Counted from the stretch's first letter, positions 1 to 8,371 are shown. The stretch: 64,000 bases of DNA from Candidatus Omnitrophota bacterium (GCA_003598025.1 QZKH01000009.1:64896-128895); one strand, 5' to 3'. The notes: a model not told the origin generated them from the sequence alone. Program-made: numbers and translations.

Positions 1-366
1 GTAAAATTATTTCAACCTCGGCTTGCAAAGGTTAATGATTTCTGTGATTGGGCAGATTTCTTTTTCGCCGAAGATATTAAAATAACACCGGAACTTGAAA
101 ATAAATTTTTTAGCAAAGATTTATCTAAGGAGTTCGGGCTTTTTGTGGCTAGGCTCAAGGGCTTAGAGCAGTTTGATATCCAAAACATTGAGACTGCCTT
201 TAGAGAGCTAGTCGGTGAGCTGGGTATTCAGGCCAAGGAATTGATACATCCGGTCAGGGTGGCTTTAACCGGTAAAACCGTGGGGCCCGGGCTGTTTGAA
301 GTCATATATTATCTGGGTAAAGATAGAGCAATAGAGCGTTTAAGCAGGAGGTTAAGAAAGGAGTAA
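1..366 (+). CDS. gltX: glutamyl-tRNA synthetase, C-terminal fragment (gene starts upstream of window)
   Basis: Frame 1 is open from base 1; translation ...IHPVRVALTGKTVGPGLFEVIYYLGKDRAIERL matches the GluRS anticodon-binding C-terminus; stop at 364-366. Confidence 0.6.
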   Translation, partial: VKLFQPRLAKVNDFCDWADFFFAEDIKITPELENKFFSKDLSKEFGLFVARLKGLEQFDIQNIETAFRELVGELGIQAKELIHPVRVALTGKTVGPGLFEVIYYLGKDRAIERLSRRLRKE

Positions 367-368
367 AA

Positions 369-548
369 ATGTCTGTAAAAAAAGCAAGTCTGTTATTATT
401 GTTATTGCCTGTCATGCTTATGTTGAGCGGCTGCCATACATTGTTTAATTCATCCAAGGGAGCTTACGAAGGCGCTAAAGAAGGGGCAAAGAAAGATTGG
501 GAAGGTTTAAAGAAAGCTGATAACTGGCTTAAAGAAAATCTCTGGTAA
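369..548 (+). CDS. small lipoprotein (59 aa)
   Basis: ATG 2 nt after gltX stop; signal peptide with lipobox LLLLLPVMLMLSGC; K/E-rich mature part; not in ORF track (<60 aa). Confidence 0.4.
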   Translation: MSVKKASLLLLLLPVMLMLSGCHTLFNSSKGAYEGAKEGAKKDWEGLKKADNWLKENLW

Positions 549-566
549 ATTTTTACGGTTTCACAT

Positions 567-992
567 ATGAAAAAAATAAACAAGCAAAGATCGATTGGAT
601 TATCTCTTGCATCATTGATATCTGTAGTGTTTTTTGGATATAGTTTTTTGTTTTTTCTTTTCTTTTTCCCTACCAGGGAGAATCCATGGTTTGTCATATT
701 AAGGTACGGGCTTTGTTTATTAGTCAGCCTCGCCGGATTTATAGCTTCTGTTTTTATATTTGATATTCGCCGTTGGGCACAGAAGTTGATGCTTTATTCA
801 TGCATCTTTTTCCTTAGTTTGGGATTAGTCACGGATTTTACAAATATGACCATATCCGGGTGGTACGGGGTTTCCGGATTCTCAACGCTTATTTATGCTA
901 CCTTTAGCATAAGAAAGCTTGGCCTCTATATTTTCTGGCTGATGCTTGTAGTTTTCCTTACCCGCCCCGACGTAAAAAAACAATTGAAATAA
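567..992 (+). CDS. hypothetical polytopic membrane protein
   Basis: 141-aa ORF with 4 hydrophobic segments. Confidence 0.35.
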   Translation: MKKINKQRSIGLSLASLISVVFFGYSFLFFLFFFPTRENPWFVILRYGLCLLVSLAGFIASVFIFDIRRWAQKLMLYSCIFFLSLGLVTDFTNMTISGWYGVSGFSTLIYATFSIRKLGLYIFWLMLVVFLTRPDVKKQLK

Positions 993-1093
993 ACTACGAT
1001 TATTTTGCATTTTGTATAGGTTTCTCTAATACAACTGGTTAATGCCTGTCCGCGGCATTTTTTGATTGAAAACAGGTTTTACCCGGTATATAA

Positions 1094-2932
1094 TTAACCA
1101 TCAATTATTGCCCTGTCGTCTAATTCGAGCACTATAAATTTGATACAGCGAAATCCCGCCGTTTTCTGGCGGGACGGTAGGACTTGAAAATTGAAATGCT
1201 TTGCCCTGTCGTCTAATCGGTAGGACTTCAGATTCTGGATCTGACTATCTTGGTTCGAGTCCAAGCGGGGCAGCCATTGTTGACAACTATCCGAAACTCC
1301 GGATAGTGATGCAGTGGGAACAAGCGCCTTACAGTCTTCTGTAGGGCGCTTTTCCTTTGTAGAGGCTATTTCGCTAGGGAGGATGCCTTCAAGCGGCTCT
1401 TCGATATACATATTGATTACCAGCCTGTCGCTATAGACGTAAATGTCCTTGATCAGGGCATGTATAAGGCTTTTCTGGGCTTCCGGAGGGGCGTCTTCAA
1501 GGTGCTGTATGGCAAAGTTCATGCTGCGGTATACGAGCTCGCCGGAACAGGCGTTTATGCTGGCAACTCTCTTTTGCGCCTGCAGCTTGTCTATTTCGTC
1601 TTCCAGTTTTGCAATCTCCATTTCCAACTCATTCATTTTGTCTTTATAAGTGGAGCCTTTGGTGACTGTGTTGCCCATGGCTAATTCCAGCAGTTTATTG
1701 GCTTGGAAGCGGAAGCCGTTTAGCTTTGTCTCTCTTTCTTTTAAGTCGGTCTCTATCTTTTCAAGCTTTGCCTGCGACTCAAGCATGGCGTCTCCCAGGG
1801 CCTTTATGATAATGCCCTTGTCCTCAGATGCCCGCCTAAAATAGTCGATTATAGCTTTGTCAAAAGTAGTTGCGGAGATGCGTGTTGCTTTGCATCCCAG
1901 AGCCTGCTTGGAGCGGCTGCACTCATAATAAAAAAACTTTCTTCTGTCTCTACCGCCTGAAAAATTGCAGACCATATGGCTTCCGCAGTCGCCGCATCGG
2001 AGAATACCGGCGAGGAGGTATTCATAGAATCTTTCTTTCTGCACAAAGTTGTGGCCGGGAAGCTTGGCGCTCAATATTTTGTTGGCCCGCTCCCAGAGCT
2101 TCTCATCGACAATCGCCGGGTGATTGCCTTTGTGGTATTCTCCGCTGTATTGAATATAGCCTTTGTAAAAAGGATTTTTTAATATCCTTGAAATAACCTG
2201 CCTGCGCCATTCCTTGCCGTTTAGAGTTTTTAGCCCGCGCCTGTGAAGCTCAAGGCCTACCTGCGTAAGCGACCGGTTATCCGCGGCCATCTCCCAGATG
2301 ATTTTAAGATGCGTAGTTATTTTTTCATCAGGAACAATTTTATGCGGCTGGCGGCCGTTAGGAAGCGGCTCTCCGTCTGGTATAAGCTTATATCCATAAG
2401 GCAGCATCCCGCCGACCCATTTGCCCTGGCGCACTCTGGCAATAGCGGATGCTTTCACGCGCTCGCCGGTGAGCTCCCGCTCAAAGGCTGACAAAATCCC
2501 AAGTATGCCAATTACTACTCTACCTATGGCGGTTGAGCTGTCCAAGTTTTCTCTTACCGAGACGAAATCGATTTCCTTTTCTCTGAATAGATCAATAAGC
2601 CAGTAGAGGTCCCGGGTATTGCGGGTCAAGCGGTCAAGGCGGAAGAAGATTATTCCGTCAAATGGGGCGGTTTCTCTACGCACGCGGTCGATAATCATCT
2701 GGATGCCGGGCCGGTTGAGATCCTTGCCGGAATATCCGTCATCGTCTATTCGGCCTTTTTTGCCTATCTTGGCAAGGTCATATCCAAAAGCGTCCAGCAG
2801 ATTCTTGCAGTGATAGGCCTGGGAATCCAGGGTGGTAAAATCTCCCTGGGCCTGGTCATCAGTAGAGCAGCGGGTATAGATTACATAGCGTTTTTTGTTA
2901 TTTGCATTATTTGTTTTGGCATTCATAATCAT
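1094..2932 (-). CDS. large serine recombinase (resolvase catalytic + recombinase + zinc-ribbon domains); 3' end disrupted because the last 57 codons are antisense of tRNA-Gln and the duplicate fragment
   Basis: N-terminus MIMNAKTNNANNKKRYVIYTRCSTDDQAQGD... (catalytic Ser in YTRCST). About 70% identical to the second recombinase at 23430-25529. Start chosen by alignment with the paralog (MIMKAK). Codons WLP = revcomp of tRNA 3' end GGGCAGCCA (1268-1276). Confidence 0.8.
   Translation of the reverse strand: MIMNAKTNNANNKKRYVIYTRCSTDDQAQGDFTTLDSQAYHCKNLLDAFGYDLAKIGKKGRIDDDGYSGKDLNRPGIQMIIDRVRRETAPFDGIIFFRLDRLTRNTRDLYWLIDLFREKEIDFVSVRENLDSSTAIGRVVIGILGILSAFERELTGERVKASAIARVRQGKWVGGMLPYGYKLIPDGEPLPNGRQPHKIVPDEKITTHLKIIWEMAADNRSLTQVGLELHRRGLKTLNGKEWRRQVISRILKNPFYKGYIQYSGEYHKGNHPAIVDEKLWERANKILSAKLPGHNFVQKERFYEYLLAGILRCGDCGSHMVCNFSGGRDRRKFFYYECSRSKQALGCKATRISATTFDKAIIDYFRRASEDKGIIIKALGDAMLESQAKLEKIETDLKERETKLNGFRFQANKLLELAMGNTVTKGSTYKDKMNELEMEIAKLEDEIDKLQAQKRVASINACSGELVYRSMNFAIQHLEDAPPEAQKSLIHALIKDIYVYSDRLVINMYIEEPLEGILPSEIASTKEKRPTEDCKALVPTASLSGVSDSCQQWLPRLDSNQDSQIQNLKSYRLDDRAKHFNFQVLPSRQKTAGFRCIKFIVLELDDRAIIDG
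1108..1185 (+). repeat. interrupted partial duplicate of the tRNA-Gln 5' half (pseudo-tRNA / att scar)
   Basis: 1108-1124 is identical to tRNA-Gln 1201-1217 (TTGCCCTGTCGTCTAAT). 1175-1185 (CGGTAGGACTT) matches tRNA 1218-1228. The two are separated by a 50-nt insert containing a CCCGCC-N7-GGCGGG hairpin. No T-arm or acceptor 3' strand. Confidence 0.45.
1202..1276 (+). tRNA. tRNA-Gln (anticodon CUG)
   Basis: Manual cloverleaf: acceptor TGCCCTG/CGGGGCA, D-stem GTCT/GGAC, anticodon stem TCAGA/TCTGA, loop TTCTGGA (U33, CTG, G37), T-arm CTTGG-TTCGAGT-CCAAG, discriminator G, encoded CCA 1274-1276. Confidence 0.85.
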
Positions 2933-2963
2933 AGAATTCCTACCACATTTTAATGCAGGCATA

Positions 2964-2994
2964 CGCCAGGCAGAAGATCTCCTTCTGCCTGGCG
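2964..2994. promoter_or_regulatory. perfect 13-bp inverted repeat (CGCCAGGCAGAAG-atctc-CTTCTGCCTGGCG) immediately upstream of recombinase start
   Basis: Read directly; lies between the recombinase start (2932) and the next minus-strand ORF. Confidence 0.4.
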
Positions 2995-3006
2995 GCGCTA
3001 AAACAG

Positions 3007-3330
3007 TTATGCCTGGGCCTTCTGCTTTTTGCCTTTTCCCCAGCCAGCCTTCCATCTGGCCACTGCCCCGGAGACGATCTCGTTGATGCGCTCCTGGGTT
3101 GTGCCTTCCTTGAGGATCTCAACAAGCTCTTCTTTGTTGATTACCCGGAAGTTTTTGATGCCGCGCTCTTTGGCTTTAAGCATCAGCTCATGGCGCGACG
3201 ACTCTTTGGCGGCTGATTTGCCGGCTTCAGGCTCTTTTGTAGCTTCTACCGGCGCGCTGGCTTTTTCAACGAACGGCATGTTCTTTGATGAGGACGTCTT
3301 TAAGAAATTTGCCGAGCTTGGCATGGCCAT
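3007..3330 (-). CDS. small Rho_N/SAP-like nucleic-acid-binding protein (start uncertain)
   Basis: C-terminal half HELMLKAKERGIKNFRVINKEELVEILKEG matches the Rho N-terminal domain consensus (L..LK..A.E.GI.N...M.K.ELI..IL). No SD seen at either candidate start. Overlaps antisense with the 5' end of the rSAM remnant. Confidence 0.4.
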   Translation of the reverse strand: MAMPSSANFLKTSSSKNMPFVEKASAPVEATKEPEAGKSAAKESSRHELMLKAKERGIKNFRVINKEELVEILKEGTTQERINEIVSGAVARWKAGWGKGKKQKAQA

Positions 3331-4129
3331 TCAGGTCAGCTGCGACGGAGATAAAATTACCCAGGAAGAATACCGGCACGGAGACCACGCGCTTATCATT
3401 GAAAATATGAAGAAGATTTTAAAGCTAAAGCCGGATATGAGCGTGCGCATGACTTTCACACCTAAGACAGTAGGCAGGCTGGCTATTAATATCCAGTATC
3501 TTCATGAGCTTGGCGTTGCCAAGATTACACACCATGCGGTGATGGAAGAGGACTGGACAGAAGAAGCAGTCCAGCAGTACCAGTATCAATTAGCTCAGGT
3601 TTATCATTACCGCAGGTACTGCAAAAGGCAGGATATCCCTCTTGAGATCGCTTTCATTGATAAGCCCCTCAAAGTCCTTAACGATGAAATCCCTGCAGAG
3701 AAGGAATACTGCCAGGCAGGCAAAAGCTACATTGCCGTATTAGACAACGGAGATGTTTACCCCTGCCACCGTGCAGCAAGCGCCAGGCTCTTTAAGCTGG
3801 GAAGTATCTTTGACGAGATTCCTTTTATCAGGGGAATCTTTTTAAATATAGACAAGGAATACACCGGCTGCTGGAAAAACTGCAGGCACTCCAGAACCTG
3901 CCACAGCTGCATTATTACGCACTTTAAGGTCAACCAGGAATTAAACGCGCCTTTAGCAAAATACTGCAAGCTCTGCGCTGTGGAAAACAATCAGGCATTA
4001 GGATATCTGCCGGTTGAGTTAGCTGACCGCAGGGAGCGGATGCTTTATAAAATAGGCAATGTCCTGGTGGATGTTGCCAGGCAGAATGAGGAAATCTTAA
4101 GACTGCTCAAGATAAAAGGAGGGGTTTAA
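3278..4129 (+). pseudogene. radical SAM / SPASM-domain maturase-like gene, N-terminally truncated (no CxxxCxxC segment present)
   Basis: STNG...VSCDGDK..EEYRHGDH, then the SPASM Cys pattern CQAGKSYIAVLDNGDVYPCHRAA ... GCWKNCRHSRTCHSC. Sequence upstream of 3266 is antisense of the Rho_N ORF and lacks the Fe-S cluster motif. Confidence 0.55.
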
Positions 4130-4131
4130 CC

Positions 4132-4422
4132 ATGGGCAAAGTTATAAATCACGAGGAGATAACGGTTGAGGATATAGTAAAGAGCTTAAATCCGGCAGTA
4201 TACAATCCGGGCAGCGGCGAGTCAGCTTCTTTTGCGCTTATCCATGCCGAAGGCGGGCCGATGAGATATTTTGTCAACGGCCAAAACCCTACGCCGTCAT
4301 CCGGAGCGCTTTTAGAAGATGGAGACATTGTGGAGCTGCCGTCAATTTATCATATTAAGGATTTTAGGGTGGTTAAGTCAGGAGACGACCCGGGCAAACT
4401 CACCGTAACTTACGAGGCTTGA
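4132..4422 (+). CDS. hypothetical protein (96 aa)
   Basis: ORF starts 3 nt after the rSAM remnant stop; RBS GGAGGGG upstream. Confidence 0.4.
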   Translation: MGKVINHEEITVEDIVKSLNPAVYNPGSGESASFALIHAEGGPMRYFVNGQNPTPSSGALLEDGDIVELPSIYHIKDFRVVKSGDDPGKLTVTYEA

Positions 4423-4437
4423 AAGGAGGCGTTAAAT

Positions 4438-4992
4438 ATGCAGCTGCATCTTAAACACAGAAAGGCAAGCAGAATACTTAAAAGGGCCTATGAGATAAAT
4501 TCCGACGGAGGCCTTCCTAAGACCGGCCAGAGCATGATTTATCAGCCCGGAGACGACGGCTCATACCAGATGGGCTATCCTCTCGGCGGAGAAGCAAGGT
4601 TTATTGACAACGCAGATGGTACGGTAGTCGATTTGGCCACGGGTCTTATGTGGATAAAAAATCCGCAGGAGGCAGGATTAGGTTCTCCTATGTACTGGTA
4701 TGACGCAATCAATGCCTGCGAGAATCTTGACTTTGCCGGACACAACGACTGGAGGCTTCCGAATATAAACGAGCTGATGTCTATTGTGGATCACTCCAGA
4801 TATGACCCGGCATTTGACCCGCTCTTTTTTACGCCGTTTTCGGATACCTGGACTCCTTGCTGGTCCTCAACTTCAAGCGCGTCTTGGATAGACGGCGCGT
4901 GGGCAATGTATCCCTATGACGGCTATAAGACTACCTGGGGAAAACCCTGGGATATGTGTTATGTCAGACCTGTAAGAGGCGGGCAGGCTTAA
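4438..4992 (+). CDS. DUF1566 (Lcl C-terminal domain) protein
   Basis: VVDLATGLMWIKNP...YWYDAINACENLDFAGHNDWRLPNINELMSIV matches the DUF1566 signature (TGLmW...A..C..L.....DWRLP...EL). Confidence 0.6.
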   Translation: MQLHLKHRKASRILKRAYEINSDGGLPKTGQSMIYQPGDDGSYQMGYPLGGEARFIDNADGTVVDLATGLMWIKNPQEAGLGSPMYWYDAINACENLDFAGHNDWRLPNINELMSIVDHSRYDPAFDPLFFTPFSDTWTPCWSSTSSASWIDGAWAMYPYDGYKTTWGKPWDMCYVRPVRGGQA

Positions 4993-5010
4993 GAAACGGA
5001 GGATATAAAA

Positions 5011-5214
5011 ATGGCAGGCGAAAAAATTACTGTTGAATTCAAAGACGGAAAGAAAATAACCAAATACCCCGGAGGGAAGGTTTCCGAGCAGACCCAGGAG
5101 GACCTGGAAAGATACAAAGATTTTCTTACAAGGGAGAGGCAGCGGATTGACCGGCATATCTCTTTAATTGACGATGACCTCAGTCAAATAACGGCAAGCA
5201 AGAAGGCAAAGTGA
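5011..5214 (+). CDS. hypothetical protein (67 aa)
   Basis: ORF with RBS; charged, coiled-coil-like. Confidence 0.3.
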   Translation: MAGEKITVEFKDGKKITKYPGGKVSEQTQEDLERYKDFLTRERQRIDRHISLIDDDLSQITASKKAK

Positions 5215-5217
5215 GCG

Positions 5218-5502
5218 ATGGAAAATAATAAAGGCTGGACAAAATTCATAACGCCGGTACTAGTTACGATTGCCATCTTTATGCTGGGCAATATCACTAT
5301 GCAGCTCAGCCGGCTTGAAGATAGAGTATTCCAGCATCTGGCCAACGACCAGATTCATGCTCCGAGATCTCAATTCGTCTCTAAGGCAGAATTTGACTTG
5401 CACTGCAAATTCTCTGAAAAAGAAAACGGTCAAATCTTGAAGGCAATCGATGACTTGAGAAACGATTTAAAGGTAAAAAGCCGAGATGAAAGAAATCAGT
5501 AA
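5218..5502 (+). CDS. small membrane/coiled-coil protein
   Basis: One TM (FITPVLVTIAIFMLGNI) followed by a coiled coil; same architecture as the 27291-27506 product. Confidence 0.4.
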   Translation: MENNKGWTKFITPVLVTIAIFMLGNITMQLSRLEDRVFQHLANDQIHAPRSQFVSKAEFDLHCKFSEKENGQILKAIDDLRNDLKVKSRDERNQ

Positions 5503-5668
5503 AGTAAGGCTTGAATTTGACCTGCATGAGTATCGGCAGCTTGCTTTAGTTATTCGGGATCACAAGAGTCTGCTTTATAAGTTAAAAATGAATGAGCTGA
5601 TTAAGCAGGGCCTTATAAAAGATCTGAATATTATTGTTGGCATACTGGAAAGAGCCGAGCTTAAATAG
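5486..5668 (+). CDS. hypothetical protein (60 aa)
   Basis: ORF overlapping the previous stop. Confidence 0.3.
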   Translation: MKEISKVRLEFDLHEYRQLALVIRDHKSLLYKLKMNELIKQGLIKDLNIIVGILERAELK

Positions 5669-5688
5669 CTAAAAGGGGAGGTGAAAAC

Positions 5689-5799
5689 ATGAAGGTGCTT
5701 ATAGCTTTTACTCTGGGGAATATCGTCGGCGGATTGGGAATGTTTTTCTATCTTTGGCTGAAAGGCAAGGTGCAGGATGGCGGAAAGCGAAAAATTTAG
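5689..5799 (+). CDS. 36-aa single-TM peptide (MKVLIAFTLGNIVGGLGMFFYLWLKGKVQDGGKRKI)
   Basis: SD AAAGGGGAGGTG; conserved paralog at 27522-27632; overlaps the next gene by 23 nt in both copies. Confidence 0.45.
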   Translation: MKVLIAFTLGNIVGGLGMFFYLWLKGKVQDGGKRKI

Positions 5800-6109
5800 C
5801 CTACTTAAATTCGCTGAGAGCTTTTTTCAGTTTTTGCCGTGGGTTAAGACTTTACGCTACGCAGCCGGTATTGCGCTGATAAGTTTTGTGGGCCTTACGA
5901 TTTATCGGGCATTCTTTATGCCTACGCAGACTACCAAGCAGGTCACTCATATTATTGCTCAGCCTGGCGCCCAGGTGACGGTAGATCAGAAAAAAGAGGA
6001 AAAGAAATCTAAGATTGAAGTCAGACCGTTCGCAGAGGGATATGGTTTTGCTGAATCTGACGACCGCAAGGGTGTAGGCGCTAAGGCCGGTATAAGGGTA
6101 GATTTCTAA
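5777..6109 (+). CDS. 110-aa membrane protein, paralog of 27610-27939
   Basis: MAESEKFSLLKFAESFFQFLPWVKTLRYAAGIALI... versus MVENERFSLLKFAGSFFQFLPWVKTLRYAAGIALI... Confidence 0.5.
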   Translation: MAESEKFSLLKFAESFFQFLPWVKTLRYAAGIALISFVGLTIYRAFFMPTQTTKQVTHIIAQPGAQVTVDQKKEEKKSKIEVRPFAEGYGFAESDDRKGVGAKAGIRVDF

Positions 6110-6168
6110 AGAAATACCCTGTTAGCTATTTCTGCGATCCCCTTGACTCTTTAAAACACTAAAATAAA

Positions 6169-6204
6169 AACCCTCCGGTTAATTTAACCGGCGGGTTTTT
6201 TATT
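6169..6204 (+). terminator. rho-independent terminator
   Basis: CCCTCCGGTTAA-ttt-TTAACCGGCGGG followed by TTTTTTATTTTT. Confidence 0.6.
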
Positions 6205-6308
6205 TTTAAATGGCATTACACTAAAAAAAATGGTATAATGGCAAAAAATAACTGTAAATATGGGAATATGGTTTCTTAACATCTTTTGAAGCCCCGAGGA
6301 GTTATTCT

Positions 6309-6470
6309 ATGGCTAAAAAAATGAAGAAAACTACCATTGAGATTACCGAAGGCCAATATTTCTATTTAAAAGAAAAATCTCTTCAATTGCAGAAACAAAA
6401 GAAGCGTTACTCAATTGTTTCCATTATCAGGGATTTAATTGAGAATGATCGCAGAAAGCCTGTATTGTAG
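6309..6470 (+). CDS. small RHH/CopG-like protein (53 aa)
   Basis: Extended -10 TGGTATAAT at ~6231-6239; product ...KRYSIVSIIRDLIEN; not in ORF track. Confidence 0.3.
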   Translation: MAKKMKKTTIEITEGQYFYLKEKSLQLQKQKKRYSIVSIIRDLIENDRRKPVL

Positions 6471-6518
6471 CTGGAATCAAAAAATATAAAATAAACAGTC
6501 ATAAGGAGTAGGTTTATT

Positions 6519-7967
6519 ATGGAGCTTGAGATTATTTTATTATGGGTTGCGGTGTTGATATTCGTGAGCGCTGTCTCAAGCAAGCTTTCGGACAGGTTCG
6601 CTATACCTGCTTTGTTGCTATTCTTGGTAATCGGGATTCTCGCCGGATCGGAAGGGATCGGCAGGATTTATTTTGATAATGCGCGGTTAGCTAAATCCAT
6701 CGGAGTCATCGCCCTTATTTTTATCATTTTTTCCGGCGGCCTTGATACTAACTGGAAAGATACTAAGCCGATAGTTTGGCCGGGAATTATTCTTTCCACC
6801 CTAGGAGTTTTGCTGACCGCAGTCATAACAGGTTTTTTTGCCGTATATATCTTTAAATTTTCTCTGCTTCAAGGAATGCTTCTCGGCTCCATTGTTTCCT
6901 CCACTGATGCCGCAGCAGTATTTAGTATCTTAAGGTCAAAACGAATAAGCTTAAAACAGCCCCTGAAGCCATTACTTGAATTTGAATCCGGCAGCAATGA
7001 TCCGATGGCGGTATTTTTGACTGTTGGTTTTCTTACTATCCTGATTGCCAAGAATATGGGTATCGCTGCTTTGATTCCTAGGTTTTTTCTGGACATGGGC
7101 ATGGGCGCGGTTATAGGATATTTGATGGCCAAAGTCATCGTATTTTCCATTAACCGCCTGAAATTGTACTACGAAGGGCTGTATCCGGCCGTGGTTATTT
7201 CTTTGGTCCTTTTGACTTATGTAATCGCTGTTTTCCTGAAAGGTAATGGGATACTGGCGGTGTATGTTGCGGGCCTGATGCTTGGCCAGGCAGACTTTCC
7301 GAATAAGAGGATGATTATAAGATTTCATGACGGCCTGGCATGGCTGATGCAAATCGCGATGTTTATAACATTGGGCCTGCTCGTTTTTCCTTCTCATATC
7401 ATTCCGTTGATAGGACAGGGATTGTTATTGACGTTTCTTCTTATGGCGATTGCCCGGCCTGTCAGTGTATTACTTTGTCTGTTACCGTTTAAAATGAATA
7501 TGCGCAAAAAAGCCATGGTCGCATGGGTTGGCCTAAGGGGTTCGGTTCCGATTATCTTGGCGACATTTCCTTTTATGGCGGGCATCGCGCAGGCGGACAT
7601 TATTTTTAATATTGTCTTCTTTATTGTTATCGCCTCGGTTCTTATCCAGGGGACATCTATTCCGATTGTCGCTAAAATATTGAAACTGGACCTTCCCTGG
7701 CCTAATAAAACGCGTTATCCTATTGAATTTGAAAAAACAGAAGGCATTGATGCTGAATTGACGGATATAATTGTCCCGTATAATTCAGGGGCAGTAGGTA
7801 AGATGATCCGTGATTTGAATGTTCCCGAAAAGTGTCTCATTATGCTTATTTCCAGAAACGATAAATTCATTATTCCTGCCGGACCTACGATTATAGAAGG
7901 CGGTGATGTTTTGCTTGTGCTTGCAAACACAGGAGATCTTTTGGCCTTTCAACAGGAGTTGGCATAG
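6519..7967 (+). CDS. CPA1-family Na+/K+:H+ antiporter (NhaP type) with C-terminal TrkA-C/RCK_C domain
   Basis: About 10 TM segments, FESGSNDPMAVFLTVGF motif, C-terminal ...IIEGGDVLLVLANTGDLLAFQQELA. Confidence 0.8.
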   Translation: MELEIILLWVAVLIFVSAVSSKLSDRFAIPALLLFLVIGILAGSEGIGRIYFDNARLAKSIGVIALIFIIFSGGLDTNWKDTKPIVWPGIILSTLGVLLTAVITGFFAVYIFKFSLLQGMLLGSIVSSTDAAAVFSILRSKRISLKQPLKPLLEFESGSNDPMAVFLTVGFLTILIAKNMGIAALIPRFFLDMGMGAVIGYLMAKVIVFSINRLKLYYEGLYPAVVISLVLLTYVIAVFLKGNGILAVYVAGLMLGQADFPNKRMIIRFHDGLAWLMQIAMFITLGLLVFPSHIIPLIGQGLLLTFLLMAIARPVSVLLCLLPFKMNMRKKAMVAWVGLRGSVPIILATFPFMAGIAQADIIFNIVFFIVIASVLIQGTSIPIVAKILKLDLPWPNKTRYPIEFEKTEGIDAELTDIIVPYNSGAVGKMIRDLNVPEKCLIMLISRNDKFIIPAGPTIIEGGDVLLVLANTGDLLAFQQELA

Positions 7968-8015
7968 TTTAAGAGCAGTAAAAAAGCGTAAGATGTTCTT
8001 AAAAGGTTGAAAAAA

Positions 8016-8357
8016 ATGATAAAAATAAAAAGAATTTACAACATGCCAGCAGGAGACGATGGTTTTAGAATCCTCGTGGATAGACTGTGGCCTAGGGGCG
8101 TGAGTAAAGAAAAGGCAAAAATTAACCTTTGGCTGAAAGACATTGCCCCAAGCGACAGCTTAAGAAAATGGTTTGCCCATGATACAGCAAAATGGGCTGT
8201 ATTTAAACAGAAGTATTTTCTTGAACTCAAGAATAAAAAAGCCCTTATTGGTGAAATTAAGAAGAGAGCGAAAGGCGACGTGACGCTATTATACGCCGCT
8301 AAGGACGAACAACATAATAATGCACAGGCATTAAAAGAATATGTTGAAACGCAATAG
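8016..8357 (+). CDS. DUF488 family protein
   Basis: [52 protein letters not shown]. Confidence 0.65.
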   Translation: MIKIKRIYNMPAGDDGFRILVDRLWPRGVSKEKAKINLWLKDIAPSDSLRKWFAHDTAKWAVFKQKYFLELKNKKALIGEIKKRAKGDVTLLYAAKDEQHNNAQALKEYVETQ

Positions 8358-8371
8358 TAAAGGAGCATGCT

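Noticed and set aside
1094-1276. C-terminal 60 codons of the recombinase ORF as genuine coding sequence
   Set aside because: They are the reverse complement of tRNA-Gln and its partial duplicate (WLPRLDSNQDSQIQNLKSYRLDD...) and result from the junction, not from a native domain.
1443-2196. Several + strand ORFs (68-108 aa) inside the recombinase gene
   Set aside because: Antisense shadow ORFs of a well-supported minus-strand gene.
2933-3055. N-terminal 41-codon extension of the recombinase ORF in the six-frame track (MEGWLGKRQKAEGPG...)
   Set aside because: The paralog starts at MIMKAK. The extension overlaps the 13-bp palindrome and the Rho_N-like ORF and has no homolog support.
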